From assembly GCA_030141605.1 (NCBI GenBank), contig JAQGDQ010002371.1, forward strand, positions 496,001 through 560,000: DNA of 64,000 nucleotides. Reading direction: 5' to 3'. Origin of the DNA: Tubiluchus corallicola. Lineage: Eukaryota > Animalia > Priapulida. The notes below the pieces were generated by a model, which searched no databases, was not told the DNA's origin, and was given only the letters and a program-made list of their open reading frames with translations. This document shows, one piece after another, positions 12,501 through 25,499 of the stretch. The position numbers were made by a program, and so were the translations under genes. How positions within the stretch are numbered: the stretch's first letter is position 1; each line of letters opens with the position of its first letter.

Positions 12501-13153
12501 ATCAACTTTCCCTTCCCCATGACAATTCATCCAACGGTGATGTACGGCTTTCATTGCCCACCTTATCTCCGCCTATACCAAAACCTCGAACATCCACTCC
12601 CAAAAGAGTTGATTTTCCCGGCTCAACTACTCTTAGTTTACTTGGCACAGCCGACTCTGCTGAATTTATTCCCGACGAATCAACTCGACAACTCATTAAC
12701 GAATGGCTTCCTGGTAGCTCCAGTTCAGCAATTGCTGAGGACTCCTCTGAAAAGGCCGGCGATAGTGTACGCACGCCTCTTTCGGGCGAGCAGTCTACCT
12801 AGGTGAACCATTCTAGGAGCAATGTTGAGTGTAATCTTGAAATAAACAATAGAAAAACTGTTGATAGACAACCCAAATCGTTTCAATCCAATCATAATGT
12901 AACCTCACAACCTACGTTACCGGATCCTATTCTCTCTCCAACTTCTATTAATCCTGTTCTCGTATCAAGCGAGACCCATTCTAGCACACCACTAACCTTT
13001 TTGGAAGCCAATGCAGCCGATGACGTCCAGTTGCCGTCCAGTCCTCCCCGACCTTACCCCCGCAGGTCAAGACAACCTACAACCCACTATGGAAACTTCG
13101 CCTATGAAGACCCTACTGCACATCGAATACGCAATCCGAGACTTGAGAAATGA
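9566..13153 (+). mobile_element. pol: Ty3/Gypsy LTR retrotransposon pol (RT, RNase H, integrase), decayed; gag and protease deleted
   Basis: RT: CIDYRALNAITIKDSYPLP...STLDLKSGYHQV...LIYLDDV. RNase H: LDTDASNVAIGAVL, NYCATRRELLAV, RTDH. Integrase: H...GH...C..C zinc finger, IAIDVAGP, HSDQGRNF, ERFIRT, GPY. Lesions: frameshifting deletion ~9800, frameshift ~11055, in-frame stops at 11405, 11765 and 12800. Confidence 0.95.
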
Positions 13154-14932
13154 AATGCTAGGAGAGTTCTGTCATCTTAACCCTCACTTTACAAGCAAGA
13201 AAATGCTCGAGTTTAGATGCACTCATAGAATTACTTACGCGAAACATTTTCGTAATTCCAGCAACTATTCTATGTGACACATCCACATTAGCACTTAAGA
13301 ATGGAGTTGTAACTACTTACACATGTCAAATTCGAAAATACGTGACTAGATGCTTGTTTAACTCGAAGTATATAATTTACTTAATAAGCATGTTTCAAAA
13401 TGTAAAAAAAAATATTTTTTTGCAGCTGAGGAACCAAGAATTGAACATATTTCCTTGGCTGTATATTGATTACCTCATGTCAATGATGTCATTATTATTG
13501 TTGTCGTATTTTGTGAAAAAATGGAATTTTCACTCTTCTTTAAGGAGAGGAGGAGAGGCGAATATATTAGTTTTTGTTCTATATTCTTAAGTGGCCGTAT
13601 TGGAAATCAACTGTGTATTCTTTAATTAAATTTTGAGTTTTTTTCTTGAATGGAATTTAAAAAAAAGGATAATTGTTCTGTAAATAGTTATTGCAAATTG
13701 TCATTTGTTCTAACATTAATCTCGAGAGATAAATGGCAGAACAAATATTTCATTTTTGCTAAACAATTACCGTTTGTTTAGACTGTTTCAGCTATGATGT
13801 ACGAGTAGATAGTCGTGATCGAAATTCTCAATTTCGTTGTTTTAAGTCAACCGATTCCAGTTGATGCCTAGTTCTAATTAGTCTTTTTCGATAATTGACG
13901 TTTTGTTGTTGTTGCTTTCGTTCTTCGAGGTCCTATTTCTAGCTTCGCGACAAAGCCTTGCCCGTTGGCTACCATGTGAACAGAGCGACTTTGACCACTG
14001 ACCAGCCCTCGGTTGCGTAAGTTAATCGAACACGGTAAGGTGTTAAATTTTTTTTAGAAGTTAAGTTGTCAGCATTGTTGTTGCTTATTAAAGATGTTGA
14101 TTTATTTAAAGATAAAGTGGCATATAACTTTTTGTTTTTGGTTTCCCGCTATGAATATAGTTGGTGTAAGCAGATTTACTACCTTTTTTCTGTTGTACAG
14201 CACAGCTATTTTGGAAATTTATGGAGAATCGACGTTTTTCGCCATAGGAGCCAATACTTAAGCTCAATAAATCTTATGCTGGGTCTGCAGTGGAAATTCA
14301 CTTGAACTAACTGTATGCTTGACATGCGTACTAGCGTTCATCTTTTCCAGGCAAGCTCTACCAACCCAGGTGTTACACCCGTGGTATCGGATGCGTTGTT
14401 GCTTGACTAAGGGCTAGTCCACACCACACACCTTACTTGCATTTGCTTATTGAGACATAGTTGGTACTGGTGAATCGTTAAGAATCGCAGATCGTGCGGA
14501 TTATTTACACTACGTTACGTTTATTTACGGATAGCGGATATCTGATTACATTTATTTCGTTCATTTTTGCATTTTTACGTAGACATACTTAGGCATATTT
14601 AGTTGGAAGTTTTTTTAAGTCGACTCGCCGTTATATAAAAATTGTTGTTACTAGAAATGTAATGTTTAACTTTAATTTATTCATACAAGAAATCTGACAT
14701 TGACTTCATCTTCTAGTTTGTAATTCGGTAGGCGTTATGCACTAGCTCATGTTGTTTTGTAGAATTGCCAGTCTTTGCAAAATATTTCTGTGATTCTATT
14801 TGATTAATGGAAGGAAAAACTTTTTGTATTGCCGATTAGCAGTGCTCGAACTTGCTTTCTGGTCTGTGTAGGTAGCTGTTCTTCTCCCTCCCGATGGAAG
14901 ACTAGATCTTCAAAGAAGGGACTTCTTTGTCT

Positions 14933-15380
14933 GGAGGAAGGGGGACAGTGTACTGCAGGGCTGTGATGAGGTAGTGTAATACTGGCAGGAGAATACAGCA
15001 GACTTCTCAGGTGTGCGTGTGAACTAGCACACGTCCGGCTTTAACTAGCACATAGACGCTTATTCTGACCTTGTGTTAGTGGGAGCCACTAGTCACGTGC
15101 ACACCTGAGCTTATAAAAATGGTAGGTCTGCTGTAGATCCTTGTCAGTGGTCAGTGGGCGTCTCATCTCATCTCAGCTCTGTTCGCACTTCATCAGGCTT
15201 TCTGTTGCTCCATTCGGAAAGCTATCTGGAACAGTTATTTTGTTTGGGTAATAAATTGTCATTTTTATTTTATTCATTTTGGTTTTTGTCTTTGAGTCAT
15301 GCCGCACGGTGTAGGCCGCGGTGCCATCCGTTCTGCTTCCACTAAAAGTGGAGAGCAGTCCAGTATTATCAGTTTATAAC
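14933..15380 (+). mobile_element. Polypurine tract plus candidate 3' LTR
   Basis: PPT ggaggaagggggacag is immediately followed by TGTA at 14949. TATA-like tataaaa at ~15112 and AATAAA at ~15250. The 3' boundary (…CA at 15371 or ~15381) is uncertain. Confidence 0.55.
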
Positions 15381-18138
15381 ACATAGATTTTGCGCGATGA
15401 GCATCTGCATGAGCACATCTTGCATCAGTGGACATCTTCTCGACCACATCCACCCAATTTTTTGAAAAAGTGCATAAAAACAGAAATCGGCTCGCATCTT
15501 GAAATCTTTGCACAGAGTTCAAATGCTTTTTGAAAAGAGATGCATTCAAATTGCTGCGTTCTAAATGTATATGCATATTTCTATATGCATCATATCTATT
15601 AGTAATTGTTACCACCAGAATTACTGAGTTTCCCATTGCCGTTAATAATTCGAAACCACGCGGAATTTTCGCTTATTGACTAGATAATAATAATAGTAAT
15701 AGAAATAATAACAAAACAACGACGACGATGACAACAGCAACGACAACAGCAGCAACAGTACTACAACAGTATCTTCCCAGTTATGCGCAAAATATTTTAA
15801 GGGCGTCCTTCCGACTTGTAGTTGCTAGTGTTATGTTAAGTAGGTTATGGTTATTCTGCCAATATATCCATGACCCATGCTTAAGCTAAGTTCTTTTAAT
15901 TTCAGTAAAAACAAATTAAGCACAAAATAAAGTTGGCCAACTGATCAACTATCATAAGCTATATAATAATAAGCTATTCATCCGGCAAATGAAGAAGTAG
16001 ATTCCCCTGTAATGTTGTAATAATAAATTTGTGCAAATAGTAAATGCAGATTACACAGGCTATAATGTTGATCACACACTTACCTCTTAGTCTTATTGGA
16101 ACATGCCTCCGCCTATAACCTTTTCTATTGTACACACCACGACTTTCACCTGGCTGAGCCATAAAAGTAATACAAATGAATAGTCCAATGATGGAACGCT
16201 AAAAACAAACAAGTAAAATAGCTTTTACTATAAGAAATGCACATTTTAAACTTGTTGAAGAGTTAAAAACGGTTTTATTAAATAAAACTTGCCGATTAGT
16301 GAGTAAATGTTCCAACATCCTCATTACTTTATCTAACTGTTTCAAACGTTTTTCATTGTTTTCAAATTCAAGTACATTAAACTATATTAAGTACTTAACA
16401 TTTACCCATTTGTTATTTGATATAGAAGCCATATTTGCCGAAAAGAATTTTTCTGTAGTAACTAAAACAGTGTTTACGCAGAAAACGCAGAAAACCTTCT
16501 GTTAGCAATTGCGCCAGAAAGTGCCATCGTGCTCTGTAAATTACTGTTACACGTCGCGCTAGAACCGGTCAAGCACAAAACTTGAAAAGTGATATCAAAA
16601 TAGGTACTGACATATAATTAAAATCAGAAAATCGTATTGTCGTGCATGTAAGAAGTTTGCATCGAGCAAAGGACATGTTTATAAAGTTACTGACCCCGTA
16701 CCATGTACGATTAATTTGTTCCGTGAGAACGCATTTATAACTCATTAATATTTTACACTTGTCAATGTTTCCTGAATCGTTGATAATTTTAGTGCAATGG
16801 TGTCAAATTATATCTTATACAAAGGAATTTCATATCATCATGAGAAAATAATGTAGGCTAATGTAATGTAAATTAATGTAATGTAATGTAAAATAATGTA
16901 AATTTAGTGTGACCGAAAATAATGTAGCCTAAACTTCGCGTGACCATTTGAACTATTAACTAGTTTTTAATGGTTGTCTTAGATTACGTGCTTGCAGCAG
17001 TAACACAGTTTTTAATGTTAATTTAAATTAAAGTGCTTAGCTAAGACATCTTCAACTATAATCGTAATGCAACACTAATTAATACTAGAAGTTAATATGC
17101 AGTTCTAATAAAAAATAGCACGTTTTTCACCATCAAGTACTGCAACAATCTAGCATTATAGCCTTAAGCTGGATAGCTTTACCTGCAGGTAACATAAAAT
17201 TTGCAGCTTAATGTGTTAGATCGGTAAGTATGGAATTTCTTTCATCGGCAAAACAAACATTTAATTCTAGTAATATGCAGTCTTTAAATCGTTACTTTTT
17301 TGCATAGATCAGCAAAACACTAAATGTTCCTCATTGATGACATACATTTTTAAACGTTCTTGCTTCAAAACAACGGCGATACTTGAATAGGTGTCAACGT
17401 AGGAAGCAATCTACTTAATTAAAAACAATCAACATAATTTACGGGAAATCACAACTAGCGCTTTTAAACAACTTGCCCTTTTTTGCCCCAAAAATGACCA
17501 AATTAATTTATAATTTTAACACATTTAATTTAACAGATCATTTCCGTAAGTACGAAATCCACAGTACCGAAAAAACACTCGCACAAAGCACCGTCGCAAA
17601 TCTAGCACAGCACACAAATTTTCAAGAATGTGGTACACAAATATAAAAGAAACCGTTTACCTTGGGATAAACAAATAAACACTGGAATATAACAGTTTTG
17701 GGGTGTTTTCGGGAGAACAAAATTTGCAGCAAAGCTCTTAATGGTGACAAACAGAAAACATAAGCTTCGACCTTATAATTTTTCTTTGGTCAAATATTGT
17801 AACGTTGACGTCGGCCAAGAAGTTCAAGGTTCAAGTCGGCAATGATGCGAGCTTCAGTTTGTTACAAACAATACCAAAAACGTGAAAACTAAACAGGAAT
17901 TTGAAGGAATAACGTGCATAAATTTTCTCTTACCGCCTCTATTGCTGGCTGTTTTACGGAACCGGTGCTTCGATGGAAAACGCACTGCCCACGCTCTTAA
18001 TGAATTAACCGGAACAATTACGTGCCTGCAAATGTAGGTAAAATGGCACAGTAAAAATTGCATAGGAAAAAACAGCACAAATGAAAACGCAGGAAAAAAA
18101 GTTGTATATATGTTATTTTGATGCATATAATTTGTATG

Positions 18139-20130
18139 ACAAGACTAGAATGCGCTCAGCAGGAAACAGACCTCCGCCAAGGTCGAAAAACCCGTTCGTT
18201 CTTTCAATAGAAAAAACTAAAAACAAAGTTTTATAATAACATGCTATAATATACCTATATAAGTATTATATAGACTAGCAAAGGACCCAAAATATTTTGT
18301 TTATTAAACAGAATTATAATGAATAATGCACAAACGTTTCACATGGTGTTTGTCTACATTTCTTTAACCATTTTGCTTTGGTAATAGACTGATAAACGTA
18401 ACTAGCTCGTAGTTGTTTGCCCTGGTAGAGATAATAAAACAAGAATTCCCCTCTCTTGTAGCTAAGTCCTCATCTTCCCAAAAAGCTATAGCACTCCGTC
18501 TGAAACCTCCACGTAATTGCGTCACCAGTGTTGTCTGTGCGTAGTATTCGAGACCTCTACGAATTGCTTCACCAATGTTTTCTGTGCGTAGTATTCGAGA
18601 CCTCTACGAATTGCTTCACCAGTGTTTTCTGTGCGTAGTATTCGAGACCTCTACGAATTGCTTCACCAATGTTTTCTGTGCGTAGTATTCGAGACCTCTA
18701 CGAATTGCTTCACCAGTGTTTTCTGTGCGTAGTATTCGAGACCTCTACGAATTGCTTCACCAGTGTTTTCTGTGCGTAGTATTCGAGACCTCTACGAATT
18801 GCTTCACCAATGTTTTCTGTGCGTAGTATTCGAGACCTCTACGAATTGCTTCACCAGTGTTTTCTGTGCGTAGTATTCGAGACCTCTACGAATTGCTTCA
18901 CCAATGTTTTCTGTGCGTAGTATTCGAGACCTCTACGAATTGCGTCACCAGTGTTTTCTGTGCGTAGTATTCGAGACCTCTACGAATTGCTTCACCAATG
19001 TTTTCTGTACGTAGTATTCGAGACCTCTACGAAATGCGTCACCAGTGTTTTCTGTACGTAGTATTCGAGACCTCTACGAATTGCTTCACCAATGTTTTCT
19101 GTGCGTAGTATTCGAGACCTCTACGAATTGCTTCACCAATGTTTTCTGTGCGTAGTATTCGAGACCTCTACGAATTGCTTCACCAGTGTTTTCTGTGCGT
19201 AGTATTCGAGACCTCTACGAATTGCTTCACCAATGCTTTCTGTGCGTAGTATTCGAGACCTCTACGAATTGCGTCACCAGTGTTTTCTGTGCGTAGTATT
19301 CGAGACCTCTACGAATTGCTTCACCAATGTTTTCTGTACGTAGTATTCGAGACCTCTACGAATTGCTTCACCAGTGTTTTCTGTACGTAGTATTCGAGAC
19401 CTCTACGAATTGCTTCACCAATGTTTTCTGTGCGTAGTATTCGAGACCTCTACGAATTGCGTCACCAGTGTTTTCTGTGCGTAGTATTCGAGGCCTCTAC
19501 GAATTGCGTCACCAGTGTTTTCTGTACGTAGTATTCGAGACCTCTACGAATTGCTTCACCAATGTTTTCTGTGCGTAGTATTCGAGACCTCTACGAATTG
19601 CTTCACCAGTGTTTTCTGTGCGTAGTATTCGAGACCTCTACGAATTGCTTCACCAATGTTTTCTGTGCGTAGTATTCGAGACCTCTACGAATTGCTTCAC
19701 CAATGTTTTCTGTGCGTAGTATTCGAGACCTCTACGAATTGCGTCACCAGTGTTTTCTGTACGTAGTATTCGAGACCTCTACGAATTGCTTCACCAATGT
19801 TTTCTGTACGTAGTATTCGAGACCTCTACGAATTGCTTCACCAGTGTTTTCTGTGCGTAGTATTCGAGACCTCTACGAATTGCTTCACCAATGTTTTCTG
19901 TGCGTAGTGTTCGGTCAGGTTTTGTGAAAACAAAGAACGTGCGAAAAAACATATACTTTTCTTGGCAGTACTGCTCCATCCCCAATCCAGGAATCTGGTA
20001 AAAATTGTGTCTTTCTTGTCTCCTACTCTCATAGAAATCTATTAGGTGGGCCTTTGGGTAATAGACTTGCAGCTATAGACAGGCAAAAAACAAACAGCAT
20101 GAAGCATAACTTCCTTGGTAGAGGTCAAAA
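18139..20130 (-). mobile_element. Helentron-associated non-autonomous element (HINE/DINE-1-like) with a central tandem array
   Basis: Subterminal inverted repeats gacctccgccaagg (18169-18182) and ccttggtagaggtc (20113-20126). Degenerate stem-loop gcgctcagcagg next to the left subTIR. The right end cataacttccttggtagaggt resembles the typical HINE 'cataacctccttggcggaggt' end. No ORF. Confidence 0.7.
18503..19908. repeat. 47-bp minisatellite, ~30 near-identical copies
   Basis: Unit cacca(g/a)tgttttctgt(g/a)cgtagtattcgagacctctacgaattgc(t/g)t with period 47 (gtagtattcg at 18541, 18588, ...). Units are head-to-tail with no spacers. Confidence 0.98.
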
Positions 20131-23100
20131 TAACGAAAATAATTATCCCGAACAATAACTCTAATTCAGAGCTCATGTTGTGTAAGTCGTTTGTCCCTCT
20201 TTTCCTATTTTTCCATTTGCACACTTTTTCCTTTTTTTCCTATGCCATTTTGACTTACGTCATTTTACCGGGCAGCAGTGCTTCCACGCCGGGATACTGA
20301 TTCGTAAGAGGTGTCTATTTATAATATCACCCTGTGATCACCATCGTGATCCTGCATGAAGCGCGTATGAGAAAAAATTAAATTTTATTGAAAAATTAAT
20401 TACGCTTCAAGTAATTTTATAGAAAGTGCGAAAAAAGATTTACGAAAGCGGTTAACGCTTATGTTCATCGTAAAGACAAATTTCGTGTTTTATACTAAGA
20501 TATGTAAGAATTATATGGAGTTTACGATGAAATTTTCATGTTGCATAATGCTTATTACTGGACGCAAAGTGTTCGCTACATAAAAAAGCTAAGTGTGCAT
20601 AACATCTATACTGAGGAAATAATGTCAAACTGCGGAAATTCGACTACATAAAACTAAAGTTAAAGTTTGTTAAATGAAACGTATAAAATGGAGTAACGCA
20701 TAGGCCTGCTATTCTGTGTTAACAAAAATAATTGAAATTCAGTAGCGAGTAACGTTACAAGAAAATTTACGACAACATTTTGTGAAATTTCTGAACAATT
20801 GCTCAATTACAATTACATGAACAGAGACGTACGTTAAGAGACTGGTAATAAATAAAAAATTAAAGGCCTTGAGGTCTGGCCACGTCAAAGCCGGGTTCAG
20901 CAACAATTAGTTGCCCGTAGCGTCCAAAATGACCTTCTCGTACATCTCCTTGTACGGATGTTTTTCGTTTGGTTTGCCCAAGTAGTTACGCTGACATCGT
21001 AAGGGATAAGCTAGATTTAGCGCAAAAGCTGTTCCACTTCTCCGGTAATCACGGAACAAAAATAGCGAGAAAGCCAAGTGCGTTCTTTCACGTCATCGGG
21101 TCTCACCAGAGGGATATACATCTGCGGGTCGCCAGAACGGCTTTGTGCCGATACTAGTGATTTCAGCGTCAAGCTTCGCAACTGTGTAAAGCCATAAAGC
21201 TGCCCACAAGCTGTCTACAACGACGACACAAATACTCTGTTTCACCTTGAATTATTCACAAACTAAATTGTAATCCATATAGACTCTACAACTGCTATTT
21301 ACAACAAAAGTACTTCATCACAGTGAAACTGCATCTCCGCTCGAGGATCTTACGCTTACTGCCCGCAGCTGCGGAAAAGCAAGTACCGTCAACTGCTACC
21401 AACAGAAAAACGTACCTTTTGACACAAGTCCTGAACTCAGTGAGCCCTAGCGACTGATAAGCGTGGATCCGTGAAAACAAACGTCAACAGGAACAAGCAG
21501 ACATGTCAACGCTAGCTGGTTCGAAACCACTTGATGCCAAACCATGCCAGGTGCAAGCCGGACAAGCCAACAGGTAACAGAGCCCGTAACTTGCATAGCT
21601 TACGTGGAATACCGTAAAAAATATAAGGCAGTGTGTTTTTAACTGCTGCCAAGTAAAATAGCATGCCACCTTTTCTTTCAACTCGAATGAATAACATCAT
21701 GATGAGGACAGGCTTCACTAAATAAGCTACTCACAGCTTGATGGTCCTACTGCATGTGTTGCTTTCATCTCACATTTTAGAATGTGTTCAATGCCACTCA
21801 ATGCCACACGTGCCGTCAAAGATGTAACAGGTCCCGCAAAAAACCAATCAACATGTGCCTGAGAAAAAAAACTTGGAAAACAAGCTACGGTACCTGCTGA
21901 TCATACCTTAGGTATGCATTTTTTCTGTGACTTCTTTTTGGAGTGCAAGTTCTTGCAGAACTGCTTCTTTCGCGATCATTTTGAATATTAACGGGTAACA
22001 AACACCAATGTTATTCAGGTTTGGGTAATAATCTGACTTAATTTAATCCAATAAGGACTGCAACACATTGTATACCATTTATCTACGTATAATGTTTTCT
22101 GAGATGTATGTAACAATATAATGAAAAGCTTGATCTGCAGCCATCTTTGATTTTTTTAAATTTAAAACAAATTCAGCTTTTCCAAGAAAACACTCGTTAG
22201 GTTGCAACATAACATTGTATATGTCAGAAAATGAGGTGGCACCGCCCTTATCAGTAGTCCTCGCTATTATACTTATAGATCTCTAATAAATGATCTGTGA
22301 GTAAAGGTTTCTGTTCTGATTCACGACAACGATGATTGCTTGACTAGGTCGCTTGCAGTGTTGGATAAAGCTTTTAAGAAAATTTCGTGGCCACACTATC
22401 TATCTAAAAGACCAATTCGTTGGTTTTAATACATCCAGTTAACTCCAGTTATTACCGCATGCAATAGTCGCACTCAGGCTAAAATCCTTATACAGCATAT
22501 TTTTTGAGTGAGTGTATGTGCCTATATGTGTGCGTTCGTGTCTATGATTATAACTGTCTTTGCTGTTTCAGGTACTGAATTTGAGAAAATAAACTTTTTC
22601 CTCCACAAGATGTCACCACAAGTAGAAAAGTATTTCTGTGGATACACAGCATAGAGATTCGCTGGCGGAATCGCTGCTGCCAGAAGATGGCGAGAAAATC
22701 GATTAGGATGCTGAGCTCTTTAGATGCTCTTCCTCTACTCCATTCGCCTTCGCAGTAGATAGGCTGTAATGTAGTAATATGATTGTGAAACTGTAAGGCA
22801 CCAACCTATAGTTCGTAGCTTTGCAGTCTGTGTATACAATTTACAATCACGTGCTTACTGAAACTAGTTAATTGTACCTGACAGATCATCACTGCAAGTT
22901 CATACATTCGACAAGTTCAGTTAATCAAGAAAAGTCAGCTGCACAATAAAGTGATTATTGATGATTATCTGGCATGGAATCATTATAATTTTCATGGCCA
23001 GTTCTATACTGTACTTGAAATCCTGTGAAACTCAATCGCTGCCTCAGTAATTGACATCGTTATCGACTCCTATCATTATTGCTGATACTACACAAGTATT

Positions 23101-23179
23101 ATGATTATTATTGTTATCATTGTTCGTTTATAGTTGTTTTTGGCAAAGAAATACATTTGAGTATTTTGTTTAACATAAG

Positions 23180-23407
23180 CCATAGACAGGACTCCATGTG
23201 CGCATACTGCGTAATGCGTGATGTATCCATAGGTTTCATAGGTCCGTGAATGCCGTGCGTATCAACAAAGCTCGCGGCGCTTTTTCAGCTATTTTTGGTT
23301 ACTGTCCATGAAAATTGGAAGTAATAATTTTTAGATGGCGTGTTTCCGTCGAAGTTTCAACGCGACAGTGATCAAGAAATAACAGCGATGGCATTAACTT
23401 TTCATTG

Positions 23408-23453
<46 letters not shown>

Positions 23454-23855
23454 CACGGAAAAATTCAAAAGGAGACAGGTTTTGGTGCATAAGATTTTGT
23501 AGGGGAGAGAACAATCCGGCATGTTTCACTACCTAGGTAAAGAACTGCAACTAGATGCAAAAATATGTATATTTATACGCTTCTTCTACAACTCAAATGG
23601 AACGAAAATGGTTACCTGAAACTTGAAAACTCGTTAAATCACCTAGGCAAAGACGGTTTCCGGTCTGCGTATTACTGCTTGTTGCGCATTCGAACCATAC
23701 CGGTCAATCATGTTTAACTGAATACGTATAACGCATCACGCATTACGGATTGCGCGTTAAGTAGACCTACACATGGAAGCATTACATGTATTTAAATATA
23801 AACTGTTTTATACGTGCTATGTATCACATATTACGCATATATGGAATCCTGCTTA
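23180..23855. mobile_element. Degenerate MITE-like inverted repeat pair
   Basis: caggactccatgtgcgcatactgcgtaatgcgtgatg (~23187-23223) is inverted-similar to gcatcacgcattacggattgcgcg (~23733) and to atcacatattacgcatatatggaatcctg (~23823). Confidence 0.4.
23408..23451. repeat. (TA)n microsatellite
   Basis: Directly visible. Confidence 0.97.
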
Positions 23856-24613
23856 AACGAGTGCATGGTGTCCTACCTTAACAAAAAATGTGAGATGGTA
23901 GGTAGCAATCAAGCAGGCAGTAAGGCAAGCAGGTGATTAGGCAGGTAGGTAGGTAGGTAGGTAGGAAGTTAAGTAGGTAAGTAGCTAAGATTACACGAGA
24001 TTAAATTAGATTCTTTTATTTCGACAGCCAGCTAATAAATTGCTTTAACCAGCTAAGGTTAGAAGTTAACTGATTAATTATATAACCAATTTGCAATTTA
24101 ATGCAACTATAAAAAGCGCGCACGCGCACTCACTTACCCTCACGTACACAAGTCTATCTCACCAAATACACAACCCCTCCCCCACGACAAGAAATGTGCA
24201 CAAGAAATATGCTTATATATATATATATATATATTAAAAGACACATGAGCATCAAATCTTGGGTAAATGTTTTCTCTTTTACTCCACATGGCTTCATTTT
24301 AACACGCCGTTGATCGACATACGACCCCATGATAATAATCTATTAAAATATGCATACTGTTACACAAGGTTGTCAGCGGAATAGAAAATGCATTTATATC
24401 AACAATGCTAACATGTCATGCTGATGTAACACGTCAGCAGTATTATATGGCTTAGCTGATTAATTGAAAACTACATTTTTTTATTTTAATACTCTGTTTT
24501 AGACAACTGGCTCAGTAACTAAAAAGTGTTAAACTTTTCATTTGTCCGCAGCTTACAAAACGTTGTTACTTCTTTCTGTCGGAAAATATTAAATGTGAAG
24601 CAAAAATGCAATT

Positions 24614-24642
24614 AACAACAACAACAACAACAACAACAACAA
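24614..24642. repeat. (AAC)n microsatellite
   Basis: Directly visible. Confidence 0.9.
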
Positions 24643-25499
24643 AGGTAGCTGAAATTACACAGCTATTTGCGAAAATCTTTGAAGTTGAAACAGTAATTTA
24701 CAATAACCTATTTTAATAAATGCAGAGATTGTTGAGACGAAAGAGTAAGTAGAATTGAAATCATTCATTAAAACTCACAGTAGCGCTTATCGTTTCGGTT
24801 TACAATAATTCTTGTGCTGAAAATAAGGCCAAAAGCAATCATATTATCACCAAAAATTATCAAAAGGCTTAAAAATATTACAGAAATAATCAAATCAGTG
24901 CTAGATTAAATAGGCATAGTATAGTAGCTGTAAAAAGAGAATTTTTGTAAAAACATGGGAAAGATAATGATAAAGCTATAGATAAGAAAAATATTGGTAA
25001 CTTCGATAATGTTTGTTTTTCTCTCATGCTGTGAATTTTAGCGTGTTTGTAATGTTTTAATGCTGACGTTCTCTTGAATCTCATCCAATGGTAATCTTTC
25101 TCGTGTTTTTAAAGAAATAGCTACTATACTATTCAGTGTACTGTACTTACTTAGCCTAGCACTGATTCCTTATTTCTATAGTTTTTAGGCCTTTCCATAT
25201 TTTTTATGATGATGTTACTAAAGAATGTAATTGGCCTTATTTTCAGTTTTAGACATAAAGGGGTGGTCGCAACTGTAAATAAAATCATGATGCAGCACTT
25301 TCGCATATTTGAAACGATTCTAGTTGTAGGACTTGAAGAGTTTGTAGAATTGAATTCTTTTGCAGAAGCAATATCACTTGCTGGAAAAATCCCAAACTGA
25401 GAGACAAGCTCAACTTGATTTCAAAAAGAGATTAGCGCAAGAACTGAAGTTCTCTTCTCATGCTGTTTGCAGAACATGGAAATTTTCATAGTATGATAA

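Noticed and set aside
11918-13153. env gene or separate ORF3 in the Gypsy element
   Set aside because: Same frame as integrase, with no signal peptide, furin/fusion motif or TM anchor.
18503-19908. CRISPR array (regular repeats with an internal palindrome)
   Set aside because: Units are contiguous 47-mers with no unique spacers, there are no cas genes, and the context is eukaryotic and intron-rich.
19791-20224. Coding gene interrupted by the minisatellite
   Set aside because: The short ORFs lie in HINE terminal sequence, contain stops and show no recognisable homology.
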